A DNA stretch of 52,135 nt, from positions 1-52,135 of IMG/VR virus record IMGVR_UViG_3300044675_006493. The stretch is one strand, 5' to 3'. This document shows, in pieces, positions 1 through 8,766 of this stretch; within the stretch, counting starts at the first letter, position 1; each line of letters begins with the position of its first letter. Position numbers and translations under genes: made by a program. This DNA is from a virus (Duplodnaviria > Caudoviricetes). The notes under the pieces were generated by a model. The model searched no databases and was not told where the DNA came from. It saw nothing but the letters and a program-made list of their open reading frames with translations.

Positions 1-1
1 T

Positions 2-1192
2 CCTCAGGGTGCCGCTGGCCCTCAGGGGGCAACGGGTCCACAGGGTCCACAGGGGGCACAAGGGCCACAAGGCGCTGTCGGGGCTACTGGACCTACCGGC
101 CCGCAAGGGGCGCAAGGCCCGCAGGGGCCACAGGGGGCCATCGGTCCTCAGGGACCGCAGGGCGACACAGGGGACACGGGTCCTGCTGGCCCTCAGGGTT
201 CGGTCGGTCCGCAGGGCGCTGTCGGCGCTACAGGCGATACGGGACCTCAGGGTGCCGTTGGCCCACAAGGTACAACGGGCGCTCAGGGTGCTGTCGGCCC
301 ACAAGGGTCTACCGGGCCACAGGGTCCGCAGGGTGCGGTTGGTCCTCAGGGCGCTCACGGTGCGACGGGCGACACGGGTGCCGCAGGTCCGCAAGGTCCG
401 CAAGGAGCGCAAGGCCCGCAAGGTGCTATCGGTGCCACGGGCGCTGTCGGTGACACGGGTGCAACTGGACCGCAGGGTGCGACCGGTGCGAATGGTGCGA
501 CTGGTGCTGTAGGGCCTACGGGTGCGACAGGGCCGCAAGGTGCGACTGGTGCCAACGGCGCTACAGGACCGCAGGGTGCTGACGGGTCGTTCATCTCAAC
601 TTGGGAAGGCGAATGGGACTCGGGGACCACCTACTCGGTTGGTGACATTGTTGTTTATAGCGACACGATCACCGGTGTCGGTTTCACGGTCGGGTCGTAC
701 ATCGCGACGGCAGGTTCCACGAATGAGCCTCCGGTCGTGGGCGGCACGGTCAACACCGCTTATTGGGATTACATTGCGGCTGGTGTTCAAGGTCCGACAG
801 GCGATACGGGACCGCAAGGCGACACAGGCCCGCAAGGTCCCACTGGGCCGCAAGGTGCTACCGGTGCGACTGGTGCTGCTGGCGATTGGGCGACGGCTCA
901 GACACTCAATGCTCGGACCGCTGCGTACACGTTGCTTACTGCCGATGCCGGGAAGTTGGTCACGGTTGATTCTGTCAGCAACCTTGACGTTACTGTCAAC
1001 GGATCACTGGACCTGAGCAACGGGCAACGCATTGACATTCTCAGGCTTGGGCTTGGTGAAGTAACTGTTGTTGCGAGCGGTGCAACCGTCAACGGCACGC
1101 CGGGTTTGAAGTTGCGTGCCCGCTACTCTGCTGCAACCCTGCTGTGCGTGGCGGCTGACACCTACGTTTTGCTTGGCGACTTGAAGGCTTGA
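2..1192 (+). CDS. Collagen-like fibre protein, C-terminal part (5' partial; continues from 50920..52135)
   Basis: Frame 2 is open from base 2 to the stop at 1192. About 65 Gly-X-Y triplets (GPQ/GAT/GDT), then a CBM5/12-like motif ([19 protein letters not shown]...YIA...EPP...WDYI), a short collagen stretch, and a C-terminal fibre domain ([15 protein letters not shown]...[24 protein letters not shown]). The ORF track shows only 737..1192. Confidence 0.85.
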   Translation, partial: PQGAAGPQGATGPQGPQGAQGPQGAVGATGPTGPQGAQGPQGPQGAIGPQGPQGDTGDTGPAGPQGSVGPQGAVGATGDTGPQGAVGPQGTTGAQGAVGPQGSTGPQGPQGAVGPQGAHGATGDTGAAGPQGPQGAQGPQGAIGATGAVGDTGATGPQGATGANGATGAVGPTGATGPQGATGANGATGPQGADGSFISTWEGEWDSGTTYSVGDIVVYSDTITGVGFTVGSYIATAGSTNEPPVVGGTVNTAYWDYIAAGVQGPTGDTGPQGDTGPQGPTGPQGATGATGAAGDWATAQTLNARTAAYTLLTADAGKLVTVDSVSNLDVTVNGSLDLSNGQRIDILRLGLGEVTVVASGATVNGTPGLKLRARYSAATLLCVAADTYVLLGDLKA

Positions 1193-1193
1193 T

Positions 1194-2042
1194 ATGCCGT
1201 CCACGTTGGGTGTTGTGGCGTCCGGAGTTGGTCCGCAGGTGACGGTTACGGGTGCAAGCACAGATGTTGTCACTACCATTTCTGGCGCTAACTATCGGGT
1301 TGTGACTTGGCTTGGGTCCGGCTCGTTGGTTGTTGCAGCAGGCGAGATTCTGTCGGTGGATTACCTCGTGGTTGCTGGTGGGGCAGGTGGTGGCGCTCAG
1401 GTCGGGTTGACTAATCCGCCCGGTGGCGGTGGCGCAGGCGGTGTGTTGTCCGGTAGCACCAACTTGGCTGTCAACACCTACAACGTTGTTGTTGGGCAAG
1501 GTGGAGTCGGTAAGACGTATGCGGGTACTCAGGTGCGGGGCGACAACGGCAACAACTCGTCGTTTGGTGCAAGCATCACGGCTACTGGTGGCGGTGCTGG
1601 CGGTGTGCCGGGTTTGGACGCTGGTGTGGCTGGCGGTTCGGGCGGCGGAGCGTGCCGCACGGGAGCAGTTGGCACAGGCACAGCGGGTCAAGGCAACAAC
1701 GGTGGTGCAGGTATCGATGTGGCACCTCGGGCGGGTGGCGGTGGTGGCGGTGCGGGTGCTGCGGGTGCGGCAGCGGCGTCCAGTGTTGGCGGCAACGGCG
1801 GCGCTGGTGTGCAAAGTTCGATCACCGGCACGGCAATCTTTTATGGCGGTGGAGCGGGTGGCGGTTCGAACGGCGGCACCGCTGGTACAGGTGGCAGCGG
1901 TGGCGGTGCTGCTGGCATTACGGCGCTCGGCAATGGCAACAGCGGGACCGATGGCCTCGGCGGTGGGGCGAGTGGCAGCGCCGGAAACTTTAAGGGTGGC
2001 GACGGCGGTGACGGAGTTGTGATCGTAAGGTGGCGAGTGTGA
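1194..2042 (+). CDS. Glycine-rich virion/tail-fibre-associated protein
   Basis: YLVVAGGAGGG ... GGGGAGG ... GGDGGDGVVIVRW pattern typical of phage Gly-rich domain proteins; directly follows the fibre gene. Confidence 0.75.
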   Translation: MPSTLGVVASGVGPQVTVTGASTDVVTTISGANYRVVTWLGSGSLVVAAGEILSVDYLVVAGGAGGGAQVGLTNPPGGGGAGGVLSGSTNLAVNTYNVVVGQGGVGKTYAGTQVRGDNGNNSSFGASITATGGGAGGVPGLDAGVAGGSGGGACRTGAVGTGTAGQGNNGGAGIDVAPRAGGGGGGAGAAGAAAASSVGGNGGAGVQSSITGTAIFYGGGAGGGSNGGTAGTGGSGGGAAGITALGNGNSGTDGLGGGASGSAGNFKGGDGGDGVVIVRWRV

Positions 2043-2323
2043 TGGATCGATCGTATGCGGCAGAGTTGAATGAACACAACGAAGTTATTCGCATTATCGT
2101 GGGTTCTGCGGAATGGGCATCAGATAATTTGGGGGGCATCTGGACAGATTCCGACGAAAAGGTTGGAGCGGGTTGGATTTTGTTTTCTGACGGGCTTAGG
2201 CCCCCCCAGCCCTTCAATTCTTGGAATTGGGTCAACGGCGAATGGGTTCCTCCCTTGCCCATGCCCGAGACGGGGCAATGGCTTTGGGACGAAAACCGTC
2301 TATCTTGGTCAGAAATTGTTTAA
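2042..2323 (+). CDS. Small protein of the kind that accompanies Gly-rich fibre genes (possible chaperone)
   Basis: ATG overlaps the upstream TGA; YAAELNEHNEVIRIIV...PPQPFNSWNW...W.PPLPMP...W.WDE pattern. Confidence 0.6.
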   Translation: MDRSYAAELNEHNEVIRIIVGSAEWASDNLGGIWTDSDEKVGAGWILFSDGLRPPQPFNSWNWVNGEWVPPLPMPETGQWLWDENRLSWSEIV

Positions 2324-2387
2324 TCGTCGTACACACGTTGAAACAACTTCCGTTTTTCTAAACACAAATACTCTATAATGAGGAATT

Positions 2388-4841
2388 ATGCCTCCTTCCT
2401 TTAAAAACAGGAAATTTGCTGCGCGCTCACTCGCGACACGCGCCATTACCGCCTCTGCTCAAAGGGTCCTTCATCCCAACGGAGGGTTGGCGTATCGACC
2501 TGAAGACCACAAAGTTGTTGAATGGCAGCAACAGGCATGGAACTTTTACGACCTCATCGGAGAACTTCGTTACGGTGCCCGTTACTACGGAAACAGTCTT
2601 TCACAGTTGCGTCTTGAAATCGGTTGGAAGGTAAATTCTGGAACTGCTCCACAGCCCATCGATTTGGACAATCCGCCAGAAGGTTTCAATAGGCAGCAAT
2701 ATGATATCGCTGTAGAAACACTTGATCGTCTTCATTCCTATGACGGATCGGTTGCAGAGATCCTGCGACAATTCGGTGTGAATCTATTTGTGGCGGGCGA
2801 AGGATACTTGGTGGGTCGAATTGACCGCGACACTGGTATGGAGCGATGGGATTTTTATTCGACCGAACAACTTATTTGGTTGAATGGTGGATGGTACCTC
2901 AAAGAAAATCTTCTTTGGCGCACAGATCAACTCATCAAACTTTCTGACGAAGATTATGTAATTCGGATCTGGCAATCACATCCACGCTATTCAGACGAAC
3001 CCGATTCTCCTCTTCGTTCCATCCTTGGGCTGTGCGAAGAACTTCTTCTTTTGTCAGCAAACGTGAGAGCGACGGCGTTGTCTCGCATTCCCGCTGGCAT
3101 TCTTCTTATGCCCGACACGATGCTTGACGCTGGACCTGATTACGAACCAGAAAACCTGAACGACGATTCGAAGAGGGAACAGCAAACACAATCGGCCCTT
3201 GAAGACATTTACCAACATTTCATTACGCCAATTGAGGATCCAAACTCTGCTGCTTCGGTCGCCCCGTTCATTTTGACTGGAGACCCAGAAGACATCGAAC
3301 GGGTTCGTGTCCTTGAATTTGCGCGCGACATGGATGAAATTGCTGCGCAGCAAAGACAAGAGATCATTACTCGTATCGCCCACGGAGTCGATCTTCCCAG
3401 CGAAATCCTTAACGGGATGGGTTCCGTCAACCATTGGACTGCTTGGCAGATTGAAGAATCTTCTTACAAGTCACATATTCGCCCTGCCGCTGTTCTTTTC
3501 TGCGGGGCGATCACTTCTTCTTTGATTTGGCCTGCGATCCAAGTTGGTACTGGCGGCGAAGTCGATCAGCGTCTCGTTGTCACTTTCGATCCCATTGATC
3601 TCATTTCTCATATCGATAGGCGTTTGAACGCTAAGGATGGTCACGCCTCTCTTGTTATTTCTGATGCGACCTACCGCAAGGCTCTTGGGTTCTCAGAAGA
3701 AGACGCTCCCGGGGAATTGGAATACAAGCGTCGGATGGCGTTGCAGCAGGCCGCTCTGTCTCTTACCCCTGTTGCTGCTGGCGAATTGGATTCTGTTACT
3801 GAGGCTTTGGACGAATCGGTTGCCCGTGTTCGTCCCGGTGTCCCAACACCTGAATCGATTACGTCAGATCCCGATCCTCGTGGACGCACTCCTGACGTAG
3901 AACGTGATGTGGAAACGGGTGAGGTTGCAGATGTCGCTCCCTCCGTTCCTGAAATCACTGCGTCGGCCTCTCCTGATAGTACTTCTGGCTTGGGGCGGCG
4001 TTTGGTGGATATCGATCAGCGCTTGATGGATCGTCTGGAAATTCTTGCTACTTCTGCGATGCGACGCGTTATGGAAAAGGCTGGGGCGAAGATTCGTTCT
4101 AAGGCTTCTAAAGATTCGTCTTTGACTGCTGCCATTAATGACACGAAGAACATTGATGTTGCTTCTGCTTTGGGTGAAAGCATTGTTGCTTCGCTGTTTG
4201 CAGATAACTCTTTGATCACCGAAGAGCAGTTTGATGATTTTGCTGAGCAATACGATCTTTTGACTTCTAGGGCACAGAAACAGGTGCGTCAGATCGCAAA
4301 GGAATACGGTCTTGACCCGTACAACCTGACGGCTTTGGAATTGCAGCAAGAGGTCGAAAGGAACGCAGGCAAAATTGTTTTGGTGGGTCTTCTGGTGGCT
4401 GCTGCGTCAAAGTTGCTTTACAAGCCGAAGGCCTCTTCCGAGCAGATCAACGGATCTTCACTGGGCGAATTTGACGACATTTCTCTCGTTCCTGCGAGAG
4501 TTATTCGCGCAGGTCTTTCTGCTGCTGGAGGAAACATGGGTATTTCTGTTTCCAGTGGCGCTATCGTCGATTTGCAGGACAATCCTCTTGGGTTGTTGGC
4601 AACGGGAGAAACTTCACTGACGTATCTGGGCGAAGCGGGTGTAAATGTCGCAGGTTACCGTTGGGTTTATGGTGAGGATGATCGTAAGGAATTCGAACCG
4701 CACTTAAATCTTGATGGCTACGAGTTTTCTTCGTGGGAAGATCCTCAGTTGACGAATGTTTCAGATTTCCCTGATTCTTCGTTCTATTTCCCCGGCGACC
4801 ATAACGGGTGTCGGTGCCTTATCGAATACTTGTTTGCATAG
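2388..4841 (+). CDS. Portal protein, apparently fused to a C-terminal MuF/SPP1 gp7-like head morphogenesis domain
   Basis: N-terminal ~460 aa carry actinophage portal-like motifs (QAWNFYDLIGELRY, LFVAGEGYLV, RIWQSHPR..DEPDSP, NHWTAWQIEE). The C-terminus has YRW..DDR..H..LDG...PGDHNGCRC, a MuF-like signature. Confidence 0.8.
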   Translation: MPPSFKNRKFAARSLATRAITASAQRVLHPNGGLAYRPEDHKVVEWQQQAWNFYDLIGELRYGARYYGNSLSQLRLEIGWKVNSGTAPQPIDLDNPPEGFNRQQYDIAVETLDRLHSYDGSVAEILRQFGVNLFVAGEGYLVGRIDRDTGMERWDFYSTEQLIWLNGGWYLKENLLWRTDQLIKLSDEDYVIRIWQSHPRYSDEPDSPLRSILGLCEELLLLSANVRATALSRIPAGILLMPDTMLDAGPDYEPENLNDDSKREQQTQSALEDIYQHFITPIEDPNSAASVAPFILTGDPEDIERVRVLEFARDMDEIAAQQRQEIITRIAHGVDLPSEILNGMGSVNHWTAWQIEESSYKSHIRPAAVLFCGAITSSLIWPAIQVGTGGEVDQRLVVTFDPIDLISHIDRRLNAKDGHASLVISDATYRKALGFSEEDAPGELEYKRRMALQQAALSLTPVAAGELDSVTEALDESVARVRPGVPTPESITSDPDPRGRTPDVERDVETGEVADVAPSVPEITASASPDSTSGLGRRLVDIDQRLMDRLEILATSAMRRVMEKAGAKIRSKASKDSSLTAAINDTKNIDVASALGESIVASLFADNSLITEEQFDDFAEQYDLLTSRAQKQVRQIAKEYGLDPYNLTALELQQEVERNAGKIVLVGLLVAAASKLLYKPKASSEQINGSSLGEFDDISLVPARVIRAGLSAAGGNMGISVSSGAIVDLQDNPLGLLATGETSLTYLGEAGVNVAGYRWVYGEDDRKEFEPHLNLDGYEFSSWEDPQLTNVSDFPDSSFYFPGDHNGCRCLIEYLFA

Positions 4842-4861
4842 GGTAATTGTTGTGATACACT
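4834..4861 (+). promoter_or_regulatory. Putative sigma70/SigA promoter for the candidate sRNA
   Basis: TTGCAT (4834-4839), 16 nt, extended -10 TGa-TACACT (4853-4861). Confidence 0.5.
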
Positions 4862-4867
4862 GAATCT

Positions 4868-4957
4868 GCTGGTGGGAGTTTCGCTCCTTTCGCCCACCAG
4901 CGCCTCCTATAGTGAAACCCCCCAGAGGCTCCCGCTACCTCTGGGGGGTTTCTTTTT
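4868..4957 (+). ncRNA. Candidate ~90-nt small RNA with anti-Shine-Dalgarno loops
   Basis: Begins ~6 nt after the -10 box. Stem GCTGGTGGG/CCCACCAGC with loop AGTTTCGCTCCTTTCG, linker GCCTCCTATAGT, then a terminator hairpin with loop CTCCCGCTA. Confidence 0.45.
4914..4957 (+). terminator. Intrinsic terminator
   Basis: 15-bp perfect stem GAAACCCCCCAGAGG/CCTCTGGGGGGTTTC followed by TTTTT. Confidence 0.85.
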
Positions 4958-4960
4958 GTG

Positions 4961-4988
4961 TTGCAAAGCGTGTGAGGGTTGATAGACT
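4961..4988 (+). promoter_or_regulatory. Putative promoter of the replication operon
   Basis: TTGCAA, 16 nt, TGa-TAGACT; same architecture as 4834-4861; followed by SD AAAGGAGG. Confidence 0.55.
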
Positions 4989-5006
4989 GTTGTGAAAGGA
5001 GGAAGA

Positions 5007-5279
5007 ATGCCTAAGAAACTTGAAAAGCCTAAACATCTGGTTTATCTAGATTCCGTAGAAGTAGAAGGAGAAATATTCTGTGTTGGAGAAAGTGTTTGGT
5101 TGGAAGGTTACACAAAGTCTCCTTCATCCAATAATCTCTTGGCGCAAATCGTTCACAACACTCGCAGTGACGAGATCTACGTCAATGTTTTCAGGGAACA
5201 TAGGGGACGGGCGGGATGGCATTCCTTTGCCCCCCAAAGACTGATTAAGCGCAAGACCAAAGCAAAGAGAAAGGTTTAA
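5007..5279 (+). CDS. Hypothetical protein
   Basis: ATG after a strong SD (AAAGGAGG); first gene of a tightly packed operon. Confidence 0.65.
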   Translation: MPKKLEKPKHLVYLDSVEVEGEIFCVGESVWLEGYTKSPSSNNLLAQIVHNTRSDEIYVNVFREHRGRAGWHSFAPQRLIKRKTKAKRKV

Positions 5280-5282
5280 GTT

Positions 5283-5825
5283 GTGACTGAAATCGAAAAA
5301 GTCAATCAAGCGGTAGATATTCAGGAATCTGATGTTGTACTAGCGATTCGTGTCGCCATCGCAGGAATGATGGATCAGATTGATCAACTTGCCGAGGCAG
5401 GCGATTGGGAATCTTTGGTTCGTGGATTGGCTCCACTCCGAGACGTTATTGGTGATTTGCGCATCATCCAAACAAAAGCAACGAACGCAATCATCGACAC
5501 AATGCCAGAGCGAATGGTGACGGTGGAGGGTGTGGGCACCGTGGAACGCCTGAAGAAAACGACTCGCAAGAATTGGGACTCTGAAGAGTTGTTGCGTTTC
5601 GTTGTTCGACATGCTCTTGTGGACGAAGAAACTGGTGAGATTCCTTCTTCGCCCATGGAGGCTGTAGATAAAGTTATCCGAGAGGTTCGTGCCGTTGTTC
5701 CATTTACGGGATCTACTGGCTGGCGTGTTGGCGAGTTAAAGAAACGTGGAATCGATCCTGATGAATGGTGCGAACAGAACACAGATGGTTATTCGTTGAA
5801 AGTAACTGGAATGGGAGGGCTTTGA
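5283..5825 (+). CDS. Hypothetical protein (replication/recombination module)
   Basis: 180-aa ORF in operon context; helical N-terminus, TTRKNWD motif. Confidence 0.65.
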   Translation: MTEIEKVNQAVDIQESDVVLAIRVAIAGMMDQIDQLAEAGDWESLVRGLAPLRDVIGDLRIIQTKATNAIIDTMPERMVTVEGVGTVERLKKTTRKNWDSEELLRFVVRHALVDEETGEIPSSPMEAVDKVIREVRAVVPFTGSTGWRVGELKKRGIDPDEWCEQNTDGYSLKVTGMGGL

Positions 5826-6077
5826 ATGTCTGTTGTTGAGTTTGGCCGTTTTCCCGGTCCTACCCCTAAAAGTAATTCGTGTCTTTATACAAAGATCACT
5901 GAAGAATTGCGTCTCCATCCAAAGAAGTGGGGAAAGGTCGCAGAGGTTGACGGCGAGAAAGATTTGGCTAGGTGGGCTGCCGCTATGCGTTCACGCGGAA
6001 TGCGTTTTGCGCAGAGAAAGATTGGCGAGAACTCATGGGCTTTGTGGTGTATGTATGACCCCGAGATTCAGCCATGA
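5826..6077 (+). CDS. Small protein, paralog 1 of a tandem triplet
   Basis: Y-x13-W-x2-V ... MxxRG pattern shared with the next two ORFs. Confidence 0.65.
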   Translation: MSVVEFGRFPGPTPKSNSCLYTKITEELRLHPKKWGKVAEVDGEKDLARWAAAMRSRGMRFAQRKIGENSWALWCMYDPEIQP

Positions 6078-6289
6078 ACGGAAAACAGAAATTCGATCCA
6101 TCTTTGATGGATTATCAGAATGTTGTTGATCGTTTGAAGGCAAAAAAAGGAACGTGGTTTAGGGTTTATGAAGGTGACGTTGTTGGCGGAAAAACAGTGA
6201 AGCGTCAATTGAAGAAGCGCGGTTGTGTTGTTCACACGGAACGCATCGACGATGACGCGATTCTTAAGGCCATGTGGCCTGATTGGTGA
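6074..6289 (+). CDS. Small protein, paralog 2 of a tandem triplet
   Basis: ATGA overlap; Y-x13-W-x2-V ... LxxRG. Confidence 0.65.
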   Translation: MNGKQKFDPSLMDYQNVVDRLKAKKGTWFRVYEGDVVGGKTVKRQLKKRGCVVHTERIDDDAILKAMWPDW

Positions 6290-6290
6290 A

Positions 6291-6551
6291 ATGGGCTTCG
6301 TACTTTTTCCTGACATTTTTTTGACTGACTGGGACGTTCCTTGGCTGGTGTTTTATGAGGAATGTGTCGCTTTGGCCAAAGAAGATGAGATGGAGTGGAA
6401 GCAGATTTATCGTGGTTTCAGTCAGAAGCGTGCTGAAGGAATAGCAGCACAGATGAAAAGAAGGGGTTGCTTGTCAGCGACCCACAAGTATAGTGATGGC
6501 ACTTACGGCACTTATGCCGCTTACTGGAGGTTAGAAGATGAAGATTCATGA
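6291..6551 (+). CDS. Small protein, paralog 3 of a tandem triplet
   Basis: ATG immediately after the previous stop; Y-x13-W-x2-I ... MxxRG. Confidence 0.6.
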   Translation: MGFVLFPDIFLTDWDVPWLVFYEECVALAKEDEMEWKQIYRGFSQKRAEGIAAQMKRRGCLSATHKYSDGTYGTYAAYWRLEDEDS

Positions 6552-7191
6552 AGCACTTGCTCACGTTATGGAAGATGTGCGGGCTGTTGCAAAGAGCGAA
6601 CGTAATTCGCATCAGAACTACAATTTTCGAGGCATTGACGCTGTTGTGAATGCAGTGGGTCCCGCTTTTAGGCGTCACCAGATTGTTGTGATGCCAAAGG
6701 TCCTACACGTCGAAGCCGAGAATGTGTCAGTTGGTCGGAACAACACGCAGATGCGTTCGGTGACTATTACTGTCGAATACACTTTTGTTGGGCCTGAGGG
6801 CGATTCATTGGTGGCCACTAGCGTTGGCGAGTCGATGGATAGCGGCGACAAGGCTGTGCCAAAGGCCATGAGTGTTGCATTGCGCACCTGCCTTCTTCAG
6901 GCACTCTTGCTGCCAACTGATGAACCGGACCCAGACGAGTTTTCGTATGATCGTTCCGCGACGCAGGCAGTAAAGTTTGATGCTGCGGATCGTGGTACTT
7001 GGCCAGATGAGATCAATGTCGCTCAGGCCAAGAAGATCTTCCTTGTGGCTTGTGGCGGGGACAAGAGCGCTGCTGTTACTGCTTGGGAGCAGGCAGAAGT
7101 TGGTGAGGGGCCTTTTGCCCCTGACGAGATGGACGCCATCGTTAAGGTAGCATCGGAGTTTTTCATTACTGGTGAAGGGAGGCCGTTCTGA
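6538..7191 (+). CDS. erf: ERF-family ssDNA annealing protein
   Basis: VAKSERN..QNYNFRGIDAVVNAV.P and GESMDSGDKAVPKAMSVALRT.L.Q.L.LPTDE.DPD motifs. Confidence 0.85.
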   Translation: MKIHEALAHVMEDVRAVAKSERNSHQNYNFRGIDAVVNAVGPAFRRHQIVVMPKVLHVEAENVSVGRNNTQMRSVTITVEYTFVGPEGDSLVATSVGESMDSGDKAVPKAMSVALRTCLLQALLLPTDEPDPDEFSYDRSATQAVKFDAADRGTWPDEINVAQAKKIFLVACGGDKSAAVTAWEQAEVGEGPFAPDEMDAIVKVASEFFITGEGRPF

Positions 7192-7415
7192 TGGAACGGG
7201 ATTTTTTGGAGGACATCCGCGCTGTTATTGGCGTGGGTTTGGGAACGTCGAAACTTGATCGTGAACTGATTCGCGATGCTTTCGTTCTTGGGGCTGGAGC
7301 GGCTTCTGGTATCGCTACTCGTTTCTTGGATTTGGGTGACGAACAAGCGGAAGAACTTGCTGCTTATTCTTTGGAACTTGTGACGCAAATCGTAGAGCCG
7401 TATGAAGATGTTTGA
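7191..7415 (+). CDS. Hypothetical protein
   Basis: Translationally coupled ORF within the operon. Confidence 0.55.
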   Translation: MERDFLEDIRAVIGVGLGTSKLDRELIRDAFVLGAGAASGIATRFLDLGDEQAEELAAYSLELVTQIVEPYEDV

Positions 7416-7417
7416 TT

Positions 7418-8176
7418 ATGAGTGTTCAAGCGATTTCTTGGGTTCTTGAACATTCCAAATCCTCAAATACTGCTCGCTGCGTTCTGATCTCTATTGCCAA
7501 TCACATGGGCGGCGATGGTTCGGGTTGGGTGTATGTGGACAGGATTTGTCGTGAGGCAAACTGTTCTTTGAATTCGTATCATCGTGCAGTGCAGTGGGCT
7601 GTAGAGAACGGCGAACTGGAACGGGTGTCCCATTCTGGTGGCAGTGAACGTGTGCATGTCCGACATCGCCCGAACATGTTTCGGTTTCCGTTTCTTGAAG
7701 AGCGACCTACTCAGATTGGGGGGGAGGGAGGTACTCAGTTTGGGGACCACCCTCCTACCCAAAATGGGGAGGTCAATATAGGAGCCGTCAGTAGAGCCGT
7801 CAGTAGAGCCTCTAATGACGGGGATGTTCGTAAAGTTTTTGTTGCTTGGTGCGAGGCAACTGGTAGAAACGAAAGTCGGGTGAAGTTAACTAAGGAGCGT
7901 TTGGGGAAGATCAAGGCCCGTTTGCAGGAGGGCTACACAGTGGAAGATCTCATTGATGCTGTGAAGGGTGTCACTTTGTCCAGTTTTCATATGGGCGATA
8001 ACGATCAGAAGCAGCGTTACGACGATCTGACTACTGTTCTTCGAACTGGTTCTCAGGTGGAGAAGTTCAGCAGTTTGTGGAGGAACCCTCCGACTTCAGG
8101 GCCTTCTTCTCCTAAGGCTTTTGATGTGATCAGATCTGTCATAGGTGAACAGGAGCAGCAGTATGAACTCTCGTGA
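7418..8176 (+). CDS. Phage replication initiator (N-terminal HTH, iteron-containing linker, C-terminal domain)
   Basis: MSVQAISWV...ARCVLISIANH wHTH start. The low-complexity linker coincides with DNA repeats, as in lambda O. C-terminal KLTKERLGKIKARLQEGYTVEDL.DA. Confidence 0.8.
   Translation: MSVQAISWVLEHSKSSNTARCVLISIANHMGGDGSGWVYVDRICREANCSLNSYHRAVQWAVENGELERVSHSGGSERVHVRHRPNMFRFPFLEERPTQIGGEGGTQFGDHPPTQNGEVNIGAVSRAVSRASNDGDVRKVFVAWCEATGRNESRVKLTKERLGKIKARLQEGYTVEDLIDAVKGVTLSSFHMGDNDQKQRYDDLTTVLRTGSQVEKFSSLWRNPPTSGPSSPKAFDVIRSVIGEQEQQYELS
7704..7810 (+). repeat. Iteron array / putative replication origin inside rep
   Basis: Three imperfect palindromes of type TAC(C/T)CA-N3-TGGGG, followed by 11-bp tandem repeats (GAGCCGTCAGT/AGAGCCGTCAG). 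Confidence 0.7.
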
Positions 8177-8576
8177 GGTTGGTGAGATTCTGGGTTACCT
8201 GTCGGCCGCTTGGCCTAAGTACGAATTGTTTCCGGAGACGGTCAAGGTTTGGATCGACCAGTTTTCTGAGACGGATTTTGAGGTTGCTCAGAAGGCGGCG
8301 AGGAAGGTTGTCGCTGAAGACAACTGGTTTCCATCTGTTTCTAGATTTATCGGAATTTGTAAAACTGAGTCTAGAATGTCCGAAAGGCCGCTAGGCTGCG
8401 ATCACTGCGATAACGGTTTCGTTATCTCGGAAAGCGGAGTTGCGAGTTTCTGCGGATTTTGTAGGCAAGCGCCTAGGAGTATCCACAGGCCGCGGGTTCG
8501 TGAACTGCATTCCCCTCAGGGCAACTGGGAGGAATGTTTAGAACAAACCAGAAAGAAACTTAAGGAGACGAAATGA
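8163..8576 (+). CDS. Helicase loader/inhibitor-like protein (SPP1 G39P-like)
   Basis: EILGYLSAAWP...VKVW...F...A......FPSVS pattern immediately after the initiator; CxxC pairs. Confidence 0.6.
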   Translation: MNSREVGEILGYLSAAWPKYELFPETVKVWIDQFSETDFEVAQKAARKVVAEDNWFPSVSRFIGICKTESRMSERPLGCDHCDNGFVISESGVASFCGFCRQAPRSIHRPRVRELHSPQGNWEECLEQTRKKLKETK

Positions 8577-8764
8577 TGCAGATGACACAGGAAGTCCTGA
8601 TTGAGCAGTTGGCTGACAGCGTTGCTGCGACGATGTTGGTCCTAAAGCGAATTCAGCGTGATGGTGACGATTCCATTTCTGTCGGCAATGCCATTGAGGT
8701 CGCTGAGAACGCTCTGGAGCAATACTTCGTTTGGGAAGGCAAGCAGATCGGTGTTATTGACTGA
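8573..8764 (+). CDS. Hypothetical protein
   Basis: SD AAGGAG, ATGA overlap. Confidence 0.55.
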   Translation: MMQMTQEVLIEQLADSVAATMLVLKRIQRDGDDSISVGNAIEVAENALEQYFVWEGKQIGVID

Positions 8765-8766
8765 TC

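Noticed and set aside
9-1016. Arg-rich ORFs 9..512 and 522..1016, and similar ORFs at 50884-52110
   Set aside because: Off-frame or antisense readings of the collagen repeat.
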